From positions 8,477 to 72,476 of the forward strand of contig JBHAFI010000148.1 in assembly GCA_041856045.1 (NCBI GenBank): a stretch of DNA of 64,000 nt, given 5' to 3'. Shown here piece by piece: positions 37,533 through 46,201 of the stretch (position 1 is the first letter of the stretch; each line of letters starts with the position of its first letter). The notes below the pieces were generated by a model. The model saw only the letters and a program-made list of their open reading frames with translations. It made no database searches and had not been told where the DNA came from. The DNA comes from Porphyromonas sp. (GTDB taxonomy: Bacteria; Bacteroidota; Bacteroidia; Bacteroidales; Porphyromonadaceae). A program made the position numbers and the translations under genes.

Positions 37533-38159
37533 ATGCATACAACAATAATACAACGATACTTCCCTTACTTGAGTGAGGAGCAGATGGCACAATTTGCCCG
37601 ACTGGACGAATTGTATAGACACTGGAATGCTCAAATCAATGTGATTAGTCGCAAGGATATTGATCAACTCTATGAGCATCATATTTTGCATTCATTGGGT
37701 ATTGCTCAGATGATACGCTTCAAGCCCGGTACGCGTATCCTTGACTTTGGCTGTGGTGGAGGTTTCCCCGGTATCCCTCTTGCGATTATGTTTCCCGATG
37801 TGGAGTTTTTGCTTGTCGATAGTATCGGTAAGAAGATCAAAGTAGCGACAGCCGTTGCCGAAGCCCTTGGCTTGACGAATGTACGCACACTACATGGCCG
37901 TGGAGAGCAAATCAAGGAAAAATTTGATTTTGTCGTTAGTCGTGCTGTGATGCGTCTAGATGAATTGGAACCGCTCGTACGTAACCTTATCAGCAAGGAG
38001 CATCAGAATGGTATGCCCAATGGTATAATATGCCTCAAAGGAGGCGATTTGCAGAGTGAGACGCACAAGTACAAGCATAAGGTAGAGATACAAGACCTAT
38101 ATCCAACCTTTGAGGAAGAGTACTTCAAAACCAAAAAGATTGTTTATCTCCCGATCTAA
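37533..38159 (+). CDS. rsmG: 16S rRNA (guanine527-N7)-methyltransferase
   Basis: ILDFGCGGGFPGIPLAI SAM motif, 208 aa. Confidence 0.85.
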   Translation: MHTTIIQRYFPYLSEEQMAQFARLDELYRHWNAQINVISRKDIDQLYEHHILHSLGIAQMIRFKPGTRILDFGCGGGFPGIPLAIMFPDVEFLLVDSIGKKIKVATAVAEALGLTNVRTLHGRGEQIKEKFDFVVSRAVMRLDELEPLVRNLISKEHQNGMPNGIICLKGGDLQSETHKYKHKVEIQDLYPTFEEEYFKTKKIVYLPI

Positions 38160-38163
38160 ACCT

Positions 38164-38811
38164 ATGGTACAAATCAAATGCTTTACGGTAAATCCCGTAC
38201 AAGAGAATACCTACGTCCTGTATGACGAGACAGGCGAAGCCGCTATCGTTGATTGTGGCTGTATGACACCTCAAGAAGAGTTGGCTCTTAGCCGTTTTAT
38301 AGAGGAGAAGCAACTTCGCCCTCGCTTGTTGCTTTGTACGCATCTACACTTTGATCACGTATGGGGCAACGCTTGGGCTATGCAGACGTGGCAACTTGAG
38401 GCTTATTGCCATGAGTATGATTTGTCTATGCCACCCAAACCTAGTGAGCAGTTGGCTCTCTTTGGTATTCACAGCAAACTAGAGAATTTGCCAGACTCTG
38501 CCTACCATCTTGTAGAGCAAGGCGACGTTATTCGCTTTGGCAATACAGAGTTGGAAGTACGTCATATCCCGGGTCACGCTCCCGGTCATGTCGCGTATTA
38601 TTGCAGTCGAGGGGGCTTAGTATTGTCTGGTGATGCTCTCTTTGCAGGTGATATAGGCCGTACGGACTTGTGGTGTGGTGACTATGACACACTGATCAAT
38701 AGTGTTCGTACTCAACTCTTCACGCTCCCTGATGATACCGTTGTCTATCCGGGACACGGACCAGAGACGACCATCAAGCGAGAGAAAGCGTACAATCCAT
38801 ACTTCCAGTAA
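38164..38811 (+). CDS. MBL-fold metallo-hydrolase (glyoxalase II-like)
   Basis: ORF 38110..38811 trimmed to ATG 38164 (MVQIKCFTVNPVQENTYVLYD), which removes the overlap with rsmG. Carries the THLHFDH metal motif. Confidence 0.8.
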   Translation: MVQIKCFTVNPVQENTYVLYDETGEAAIVDCGCMTPQEELALSRFIEEKQLRPRLLLCTHLHFDHVWGNAWAMQTWQLEAYCHEYDLSMPPKPSEQLALFGIHSKLENLPDSAYHLVEQGDVIRFGNTELEVRHIPGHAPGHVAYYCSRGGLVLSGDALFAGDIGRTDLWCGDYDTLINSVRTQLFTLPDDTVVYPGHGPETTIKREKAYNPYFQ

Positions 38812-38816
38812 GCATA

Positions 38817-38852
38817 ATGCGACCGCCAAACGTAGCGGTCGCATTTATTTTG
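38817..38852 (+). terminator. Rho-independent terminator after the MBL hydrolase gene (end of the malQ...rsmG run)
   Basis: 10-bp stem ATGCGACCGC/GCGGTCGCAT followed by TTATTTTG. Confidence 0.75.
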
Positions 38853-38967
38853 AGCATACATCAATCTCAAATCTTTGCTGTAATCAATCTGTATTGAATG
38901 CTGATACTCAAAAGCAATACGCTTACTTTTATATCCTATAATGAGAGCATCAAGAATATGAGAGAAA

Positions 38968-39055
38968 AACATCTAGATGTTTTTGCAAAAAGATCTAGAT
39001 AAATCGACGAAATAATCTAGATTATTTTGAGTGAACTCCTAGATGCCTTATTAAG
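38968..39055. repeat. Array of four (T/C)CTAGAT sites at exact 22-bp spacing
   Basis: CTAG at 38973, 38995, 39017 and 39039. Cores are ATCTAGAT three times and CCTAGATG once. Confidence 0.75.
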
Positions 39056-39624
39056 AGCCTTTATATACTGCATTCCATTGACCTAGTTTTTCCTAATTTC
39101 AGATCAAAAAGTAAGGTGAACCTAATGTAAAATACCCCCTTAGATCTTGCTGTATGTAGATGTTACGAGTGGCTTGGTTGGAGGTTGTGTGTATGACTCA
39201 GATCTTTGATGAATGGACACTAAGAGAGAGTTGTGCTAGGGTGATACCCAAATAGGTCTAGAGTGTGAGGAGTTATCTAGAGGTTGCTTCGTCTTACTAC
39301 AAGGGCAGGAATAGCGTGACTTACAATCTTAGGGTAGATATGATCTACGAGTATATTCCTACTCGAACGATTATGTTACCGCTCTCAAGCCTTGTTTAGG
39401 TGTAATGTGTGGTCGATTTGTTACGTTATTTGTATTTCTAATGCTTGCTAATTTGGTTAATTCAATTTTATTGTGTTACTTTGCAAGGTATAAGCAAGGC
39501 TTTATTCGCTCGGGAAGCAATAGAGTATAGTATTAACCCTAATAAAAGTATCGCCTATAGAGTAAACGTTACACTTTGTTTTTAATTATAGTTCACAAGT
39601 CCCACCCTTAAAATAGGTACGGCT

Positions 39625-40209
39625 ATGAAGAAGTTTAAGATGTACAGCGATGAGCAACTTATCGCGAAGTACGCCCAAGGTTGTAACGAGGCATTCGATG
39701 CCTTACTCATGCGATATGACGCATATATCCACTCTTATATAAGATACTCAGTACAAGATGAGGATCTAGTAGAGGATATCTTCCAAGATGCCTTTATCAA
39801 AGTAATGACTACTATCAAGGCTGGTCGTTATACAGAGAGTTCGCGCTTCAAGCAGTGGCTCACGCGTATCACGTACAACCTGATTATGGATAGTTTTCGT
39901 CGTCAGAAAAGCGAGGCTAAGTTTGAGCCTTTTGGTGATGAAGACGAAGCGGACTTAGTGTTCCGCGGTATCTCTAGTGAGGATATGAATGGCGAGGAAC
40001 TTATCATTCATAACGATGGGATCAGCGAGTTGTATGCTAAACTAGCACTACTACCTGACGATCAAAGAGAAGTAGTACACCTGCGTGTTTGGGAGGATAA
40101 GAGTTTTAAGGAAATAGCAGAGCAGACGGGAGTAAGTATCAATACGGCTCTAGGGCGTATGCGTTATGCCTTGATCAATCTGCGTAAGTATATGGCAACG
40201 GCTAATTAG
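39625..40209 (+). CDS. ECF-type RNA polymerase sigma-70 factor
   Basis: Region 2 (EDIFQDAFIKV) and a region 4 HTH (SFKEIAEQTGVSINTALGRMRYA). No adjacent anti-sigma gene. Confidence 0.85.
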   Translation: MKKFKMYSDEQLIAKYAQGCNEAFDALLMRYDAYIHSYIRYSVQDEDLVEDIFQDAFIKVMTTIKAGRYTESSRFKQWLTRITYNLIMDSFRRQKSEAKFEPFGDEDEADLVFRGISSEDMNGEELIIHNDGISELYAKLALLPDDQREVVHLRVWEDKSFKEIAEQTGVSINTALGRMRYALINLRKYMATAN

Positions 40210-40231
40210 TCGTGTTGTCCTAGAATAGCAA

Positions 40232-40270
40232 GGGCAGTAACCTACGATAGGTTACTGCCCTTATTGTTTG
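40232..40270 (+). terminator. Rho-independent terminator after the ECF sigma gene
   Basis: 11-bp stem GGGCAGTAACC/GGTTACTGCCC followed by TTATTGTTTG. Confidence 0.7.
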
Positions 40271-40284
40271 TACCCGTGGGAGTA

Positions 40285-40510
40285 TCCGAAGCGACAAGCG
40301 TTTTGCTCAATACATCGCAGAGCGTTGTTTGGTAGCGTCTTGTTCGGCGTCCGAAGCGACAAGCGTTTTCCTCAATACATCGCAGAGCGTTGTTAGGTAG
40401 TGTCTTGTTCGGTGTCCGAAGCGACAAGCGTTTTGCTCAATACACCGCAGAGCGTTGTTGGGTAGCGTCTTGTTCCGTGTCCGAAGCGACAAGCCTTTAC
40501 AGCAATACGG
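40285..40510. repeat. 65-bp tandem repeat, three full units plus a degenerate fourth
   Basis: Units start at 40285, 40350, 40415 and 40480. Full units differ from each other at about 4 of 65 positions. Unit sequence: TCCGAAGCGACAAGCGTTTTGCTCAATACATCGCAGAGCGTTGTTTGGTAGCGTCTTGTTCGGCG. Confidence 0.9.
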
Positions 40511-40541
40511 CCCCGGACTTGGGAATAGTTATCTCGCCGAC

Positions 40542-41474
40542 TTAATTCTTCTTGGTCTTCGTCTTGAACTCTTGTAGCGAGCGGTTGCTCTCTTTCTTGA
40601 GCCCAAGTACGATCTCACGGAAGACTGCCTTACCCTTTTCCTCATCAAGTCTGAACCAACGCTCAATAATACCTAGTTTGAGGTAATAGGCGAGGACATT
40701 CTCTAGATCGAAGACTGTCCACTCGGTATTCTCCTCGAGCCATTGCCAACGCAGAGCATCGATCATACGTTCACGCTTGGCGATGTCGCGTTCTTCTGCG
40801 ATGTTGATGAAGGTCGTGATGTAAGGAATATCATCACTAAGCCCGAAGTCTTTACTCTTATTGTGTAGCAACTGCTCCTCAACGGCACTGTCGCCTATGA
40901 TGTAACGCTCTGCCGACCAACCTAATTGCCTACACGTATGTACAAGAAGGACGTTGCGTAAGGTCTGGTTAAAGCGAAACCACTCGGCAAGGAACGCATT
41001 CTTGCTATGACTAGCAGCACCATAATACAATTGGGCTAAGCGATCTTCGTCGCTCAGAGGACACTCCTCTACTGGTTCTTCGTCAAGATTGCTGTCCTCG
41101 GGAGCCTGATAGTACTGCTCATTGAGGAACTTAATCATATAACCCGGTACAACCTCATTACGTCTAATGGGCTGACCTAATTGTGCAGCACGTGCAATCT
41201 GTTTGAGTTCCTTGACGGGGAGCGTAATATGAGCGACCTCTTGATCTTCGTCCTCCTCATCGCTGTCTAGGTTGGGAGCGAAAGCACCAGCACGGAAGAG
41301 TGCGATAAACTCTTTATTAACCTGCTCCAAGCGTAGCCAGTCTAGTTTCTCCCGATCTTTACTAGAGAGGATCTCAAGCAATTCGCTATAAAACTCCTCT
41401 TGGCTGTACGGGGACTTGCTCATATCTAGGCTTATATTGGGTAAGCCTGATATAAGGGCATGGTACTGTGCCAT
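40542..41474 (-). CDS. DUF2764-family protein (usually V-ATPase operon-associated in Bacteroidota)
   Basis: 310 aa, located immediately downstream of the subunit E gene, as in Bacteroidota V-ATPase operons. The family call is from memory. Confidence 0.55.
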   Translation of the reverse strand: MAQYHALISGLPNISLDMSKSPYSQEEFYSELLEILSSKDREKLDWLRLEQVNKEFIALFRAGAFAPNLDSDEEDEDQEVAHITLPVKELKQIARAAQLGQPIRRNEVVPGYMIKFLNEQYYQAPEDSNLDEEPVEECPLSDEDRLAQLYYGAASHSKNAFLAEWFRFNQTLRNVLLVHTCRQLGWSAERYIIGDSAVEEQLLHNKSKDFGLSDDIPYITTFINIAEERDIAKRERMIDALRWQWLEENTEWTVFDLENVLAYYLKLGIIERWFRLDEEKGKAVFREIVLGLKKESNRSLQEFKTKTKKN

Positions 41475-41479
41475 AGCGT

Positions 41480-42070
41480 CTAGAATAATTGTTGTGCTAA
41501 CTGTGGGCGTAGGAAACTCTTGAATAAATCCAAGAACTCACTCTCCCCAATTTGTAGTTTGAAACTACCATCTACGGGGCGGAGCGTAAACTCTGTATTT
41601 TTACCAGCGACACTCTTTATCGTAACGCCCTTCTCGAGTAGATCTCGTGCGTTGCTTGCGAAGTATGCCTCGAGTTTCTCTGCATTGGCTCCGCTGATCT
41701 CTACACCACGATTAACATCGAAGCCCTTCACTAGATCGAGGACGAAGGCTTGGATAAACTCGGGATTTGTACCAAGAGCCTGTACATTGTTGCTCGCGAT
41801 TGTCCCGCTCAATTCACTAACGACAGCAGCACGCGTAGCCTCTACGAGTTGTGTCGCGTATAGTTGTAGTTCGCGTTCTGTGTTTTGTTTTAGTTCCTCG
41901 GCTTGTCGTTGGGCTGTACGTATTATCTCTTCCGCCTTTTGCTTTGCTTCGGTTTCTCTTGCAGAGATACGTGCTTCGGCAGCAGCGATGATCTTGTCGG
42001 CCTCTGCGTTTCCTTTGAGAACACCCTCGTTGTAAACTTTGTCTGTCAGTGCCTGAATTTTAGAGTCCAT
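41480..42070 (-). CDS. V-type ATP synthase subunit E
   Basis: 196 aa with an N-terminal Ala/Glu/Lys/Gln-rich long helix and a C-terminal globular part, matching the V/A-ATPase E stalk pattern. Confidence 0.7.
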   Translation of the reverse strand: MDSKIQALTDKVYNEGVLKGNAEADKIIAAAEARISARETEAKQKAEEIIRTAQRQAEELKQNTERELQLYATQLVEATRAAVVSELSGTIASNNVQALGTNPEFIQAFVLDLVKGFDVNRGVEISGANAEKLEAYFASNARDLLEKGVTIKSVAGKNTEFTLRPVDGSFKLQIGESEFLDLFKSFLRPQLAQQLF

Positions 42071-42174
42071 AACTGTGTAGTATGTATTTGTTTAGTTTAT
42101 ACCTGATATAATTTTGAGGCTTTCTTAAGAACGGAGGAGCACCTAGCCCTCAAAGACTCAATTAAGACCTCAAA

Positions 42175-42182
42175 CAAAGATA
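42175..42182 (-). promoter_or_regulatory. -7 box TATCTTTG upstream of the V-ATPase E gene
   Basis: 105 bp upstream of ATG 42070. Confidence 0.4.
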
Positions 42183-42188
42183 CATAAA

Positions 42189-43574
42189 TTAATTAGATAC
42201 TTGCTCTACGACCACTGCGACCTCCTTGTCGATCCAGTGGATATTGACCTTATCACCTTGTGCGAGTTGCTGCTTTGCTGTGATCGTTTTCCCCTCCTGC
42301 TTGATAATTGCGAAGCCTCGCTTGAGGATATTGTCGGGGTGGGCTAAGCGAATGGCCTGCTCATAAGTTGCTAGTGCCTGCTCGTATCGCATCTGGTGTC
42401 GCTTACTATTGGTACTTAGTCGCGTGCTAAGCAGTTGCAAGTGTTGCTCTTGCTGGATCAATTGCTGGCGTAGCAAGCGAGGTAAGAGTACGCTACAAGT
42501 CGTGATCTGTTGATGTTGTTGCTCAAGCCTTCTACGTGCTAGGCTGTCTAGACGCTGACGGATATTATCTTGCTGTTGCTCTGCCCCTCGTATCAAGCGT
42601 ATAGCCAAACTAGGGATACGCAGACTAAGATCTACAAGCCTACGCTGGCGTTCGTTTTGTATCAAGTAGCAAGAGTTGCGGAGCCTAATATCAAGACTGT
42701 CTAGCGTCTGAAGTTGCTCGAGTTGTTGCTGTATCAAAAACTCCGCAACTGCCGTCGGAGTCTTGAGTGAGGTATGTGCTACCATATCCAAGACGCTGAC
42801 ATCACGATCGTGACCAATACCTGTGATAATCGGGAGCGGATATTGTGTACAAAAATAGGCCAGTTGGTAATCATCAAAAGCACGCAAGTCGCTTACCGAG
42901 CCTCCTCCTCGTATGATCACTACGGCGTCAAATTGCTCGAGAGAGCGTGCAATCCGCTCAAGAGCCTGCACAATACTACTACTTGCGTTGTCACCCTGCA
43001 TCTGTGCTTGGTAGAGGGCTGTGTAGTATTTGAGTTGGTAACTATTACCTCGTAGTTGATCTATAAAGTCGCCATAGCCTGCTGCCGTAGGAGAGGAGAT
43101 GATCGCAAGCCTTTGTATCGACTGCGGAAGGCTATACCGCTTATTATCTGCAAATACACCTTCCCTCTTGAGCCGTTGGATCGTTTCCTGTCTCTGCTTG
43201 GCTATCTCACCCAAACTATAATTAGGGTCTATATCTACTATGATAAGACTCATACCATATAGTTCGTGGTACTTGATTTGCACAAGGCAGAGGATATTCA
43301 TACCCGAGGCTAATGGTGCTAGACCAGCACTACGCAACTTACGGTTAATGTCCTCGTAATTGTTACGCCAAATGTTGGCTTTGATACGAGCCTTTATTCC
43401 CTTGCCGGCTTCTTTTTCTTCGAGTTCGAGGTAGCAATGCCCCGAGTTTGTATTGACACTTAAGCCCGTTGTTTCTGCCCTTACCCAGTACTGGTCTATA
43501 TAAGTAGCCTCGATGCAACGTCGCACCGAGGCTACCAATTCGTATAGGCTATAGGTCCGTACAGGAGTGCTCAT
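42189..43574 (-). CDS. xseA: Exodeoxyribonuclease VII large subunit
   Basis: N-terminal OB fold, catalytic core (IIRGGGSVSDL) and a long C-terminal Gln/Leu/Arg coiled coil. Confidence 0.9.
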   Translation of the reverse strand: MSTPVRTYSLYELVASVRRCIEATYIDQYWVRAETTGLSVNTNSGHCYLELEEKEAGKGIKARIKANIWRNNYEDINRKLRSAGLAPLASGMNILCLVQIKYHELYGMSLIIVDIDPNYSLGEIAKQRQETIQRLKREGVFADNKRYSLPQSIQRLAIISSPTAAGYGDFIDQLRGNSYQLKYYTALYQAQMQGDNASSSIVQALERIARSLEQFDAVVIIRGGGSVSDLRAFDDYQLAYFCTQYPLPIITGIGHDRDVSVLDMVAHTSLKTPTAVAEFLIQQQLEQLQTLDSLDIRLRNSCYLIQNERQRRLVDLSLRIPSLAIRLIRGAEQQQDNIRQRLDSLARRRLEQQHQQITTCSVLLPRLLRQQLIQQEQHLQLLSTRLSTNSKRHQMRYEQALATYEQAIRLAHPDNILKRGFAIIKQEGKTITAKQQLAQGDKVNIHWIDKEVAVVVEQVSN

Positions 43575-43599
43575 AGTCCTAAGTTAAGTATATCCAAGC

Positions 43600-44067
43600 C
43601 TAGCGTTTACTAGGGTGCTGTATGCGTATATTACGCTCAAAAGCCATCTCTAGCGAGATCAACGTTTCTGTTCCAGAGATACCTGGTATGAGTTGGATAC
43701 GCTCGCTGAGGATATGCAATAGGTCTGTATTGTCCTTTGCATAGAGTTTGATCATAAGGGCATACGAACCAGTAGTAATATGGCATTCAACAACCTCGTC
43801 AATCATTTTGATTTCCTCGATGACTTCTTTGAGTACAGAGCCCTTGTCGATACGGATACCTACATAGGTACAAGTGTTGTAGCCAAGGAATTTGGGGTTA
43901 ATTTGATAGCCCGGGCTTGCTACTGCACCTGCTGCGATCAGGCTCATTAGGTGCTGATTTACTGACGAACGCGAGGCACCACACTCTTCTGCCATATCTT
44001 TGATCGTGATACGTGCATCTCTTGATACGATGTCTAAGACTTGTAAGTCTATTCGTGTTAGTTTCAT
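43600..44067 (-). CDS. Lrp/AsnC-family transcriptional regulator
   Basis: ORF 43600..44103 trimmed to ATG 44067 (MKLTRIDLQVLDIVSRDARITIKDMAEECG). HTH plus a RAM domain. Confidence 0.85.
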   Translation of the reverse strand: MKLTRIDLQVLDIVSRDARITIKDMAEECGASRSSVNQHLMSLIAAGAVASPGYQINPKFLGYNTCTYVGIRIDKGSVLKEVIEEIKMIDEVVECHITTGSYALMIKLYAKDNTDLLHILSERIQLIPGISGTETLISLEMAFERNIRIQHPSKR

Positions 44068-44100
44068 GATGTAAATAAGTCGTGTATTTTTAACTATTAG

Positions 44101-44108
44101 CAAAGGTA
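44101..44108 (-). promoter_or_regulatory. -7 box TACCTTTG for the Lrp/AsnC gene
   Basis: 34 bp upstream of ATG 44067. This supports the trimmed start. Confidence 0.5.
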
Positions 44109-44293
44109 CGTATAATAAGTCAAATTGCCAAAATACTGACGCTTTTTGACCAAAATGAAGTACAATCTCACCCGAATAGCCGTGTAACGAGGCGTGATAT
44201 ACGATTACTCATCTTGTGGACTTATGGGCTAATGTGCCGTTCCATTCGGCACGAGAGCGATACTGATCTTATTCGGGCATCACGCTATACTCC

Positions 44294-44381
44294 CTCATTG
44301 AGGGTTATCATCTTGCTGACGCTATTATTCGCACTATCTCATCGAGGGCTATCATCTTGCTGACGCTATCGCTCGTACGAT
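44294..44381. repeat. 2 x 44-bp tandem repeat
   Basis: Units 44294-44337 and 44338-44381 share CTCATyGAGGGyTATCATCTTGCTGACGCTAT..., at about 80% identity. Confidence 0.8.
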
Positions 44382-45041
44382 CTTGTTTTGGCCCGATTGA
44401 TATTTGTTTACGGAGGCCCTATTGTTACAAATCTTTTCGTCTAGGAATTAGGCTAATAGCCTTAATCGGCTGTGTGCCTTGAGTAGACCTATGCTTTATG
44501 GGGGGTATTACGCTCATCTCCTCCTATCTACAAATGCTGGGTGGTCTATGATCTGATGCCTATATACCTTTGCTTTGGGTCTAGATTGACGCTATTCCAT
44601 TGGAATGGCTCGGTGGATCTTGTAGACGTATCACATTCTACTGGTAGAATGGAGAGATTGTAGTGGTAAAAATTTCTCGCTTTACTAGTTGAGGGAGAGG
44701 GCTTGATCTGTTGGGCTTTTGTGGGCTGGTGTATCCAAATCTCGGCTTAAGTGGTATAAGTGTATCCTTTTGTGGATTAGCGATAGGTCTAATTATATCA
44801 TACTATGGCTATTAGTAAGAGTAAGATGTACGACGAACCGATAATAAGGTTATGCTTTATAGAGATCTCTGTAAGGCTATGCTATTAGCCCTATGATACT
44901 CTTCATCTTGGGGATCTAGAGCATACAAGTGCGAGGTTTCGCTTGAGCGAATGGAGATAGCGTGATGTCCTATCAGTTCGCGTTTGTAATTATAGTGGGT
45001 CGAAAGGTCTTGATTGCTCCCAAAGTCGTATATTTGTCTTT

Positions 45042-45554
45042 ATGAAACAACGTGAAATATATTTAGCAGGAGGTTGCTTTTGGGGAACGGAGCATTTCTT
45101 CAAACAAGTGCGAGGTGTTGTGGCGACAGAGGTGGGCTATGCTAATGGTCGTACATCAGACCCTACCTATGAGGCGGTATGTCGCCAAGATACGGGACAC
45201 GCCGAGACTGTACGTGTGGAGTATGACGAGGATATAATCAGCCTAGACCTGATACTACAATTATACTTCCGTACTATTGACCCAACGAGCCTAAACAAAC
45301 AAGGAGGGGACGTGGGGACACAGTACCGCACGGGGATCTATTATACAGATCCCGATGATGAGGCTATCATACGTAAGGCCCTAGACGAGTTGTCTGCACG
45401 CTATACGGCAGAACTACGGGTCGAATGTGAACCTTTACGCCACTTCTACAACGCAGAGGATTATCACCAAGATTACTTAGATAAAAATCCGAGAGGCTAT
45501 TGTCATATCGGTCAGGACTTGTTTATTCTAGCCCGAGAAGCCAATAAAGCCTAA
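45042..45554 (+). CDS. msrA: Peptide-methionine (S)-S-oxide reductase
   Basis: GGCFWGTE catalytic motif, 170 aa. Confidence 0.95.
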   Translation: MKQREIYLAGGCFWGTEHFFKQVRGVVATEVGYANGRTSDPTYEAVCRQDTGHAETVRVEYDEDIISLDLILQLYFRTIDPTSLNKQGGDVGTQYRTGIYYTDPDDEAIIRKALDELSARYTAELRVECEPLRHFYNAEDYHQDYLDKNPRGYCHIGQDLFILAREANKA

Positions 45555-45575
45555 GTGATGTTTGGTACAATACGA

Positions 45576-45612
45576 GTAAAGGCTCTGTTCCCCACGGGGA
45601 CAGAGCCTTTAC
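45576..45612. terminator. Shared stem-loop between convergent msrA and the NlpE-like gene
   Basis: 13-bp arms GTAAAGGCTCTGT/ACAGAGCCTTTAC. Confidence 0.6.
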
Positions 45613-45637
45613 TTATTGCGTTGTGTACTTGCTGTGC

Positions 45638-46036
45638 TTACTTCTTACGCAAGATGTAAGGGATCGCTGGAACCTTCTTATCTGCGTCAAGTAGCGAGAT
45701 AGAGTCGCCTTGTAGTAGGGCGAAGTCTTGGGTGTCTGTCGTTAGAGTGAGCGTGTCACCTACGATAGTGTAAGTACCCATTATAGAGTCTGTGTGACCC
45801 TCTGCTGTTTGGATCTTTAGGAAACTAGCGTCAGCCTTGAGTTCGAGTACAGTATCGAAGCCCGAGTTATCAGCACCGGGAAGGATACCCTGATATGTAG
45901 CCTCGATAGTTGTTGCTGCTGTTGGCTCTACTTGTGCACTGTCTACTGCTGTAGAGTCTGCTTGATTTTGGTTGCTAGTATTACCACAAGCAACAAGTGC
46001 TAGCCCTAGTACGGGAGCAAGAAATAGTTTCTTCAT
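45638..46036 (-). CDS. Lipoprotein with NlpE N-terminal-like domain (CxxC motif not conserved)
   Basis: Lipobox (LALVAC). YQGILPGADNSGFDTVLEL aligns with the NlpE_N YxGxLPCADCxGI segment, but both Cys are replaced. Confidence 0.5.
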   Translation of the reverse strand: MKKLFLAPVLGLALVACGNTSNQNQADSTAVDSAQVEPTAATTIEATYQGILPGADNSGFDTVLELKADASFLKIQTAEGHTDSIMGTYTIVGDTLTLTTDTQDFALLQGDSISLLDADKKVPAIPYILRKK

Positions 46037-46201
46037 AATCTAATAAATAGTTGTTTTATGGATATTTTCTAAACTTAGTAACGTGACCTAGTACTCTTTT
46101 ATTGCCTTTGTACCGCTTGTACACCTGCGTTAAATATAGAGAACCAAAGCCCCGAACTGTAAAAACGCGTGCAAAGGTATGAAAAAATATCAACTAACAC
46201 A

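Noticed and set aside
38702-38972. ORFs 38702..38941 (+) and 38745..38972 (-)
   Set aside because: They run from the 3' end of the MBL gene across its terminator hairpin (38817-38852) into spacer. There is no independent support for either.
40242-40492. Two 61-aa minus-strand ORFs (40242..40427 and 40307..40492) with near-identical peptides
   Set aside because: They are read straight through the 65-bp tandem repeat. The period is not a multiple of 3, so the apparent similarity comes from the DNA repeat, and neither ORF has any promoter or family signal.
40285-40510. Possible CRISPR array
   Set aside because: The units are contiguous, with no unique spacers. The unit is 65 bp, there are no cas genes in the window, and there is no leader-like AT-rich flank.
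44763-44782. DnaA-box-like TGTGGATTA, and the long spacers as a possible replication origin
   Set aside because: There is only a single one-mismatch box and no cluster of TTATCCACA-type boxes. There is no dnaA or dnaN nearby and no AT-rich unwinding element.
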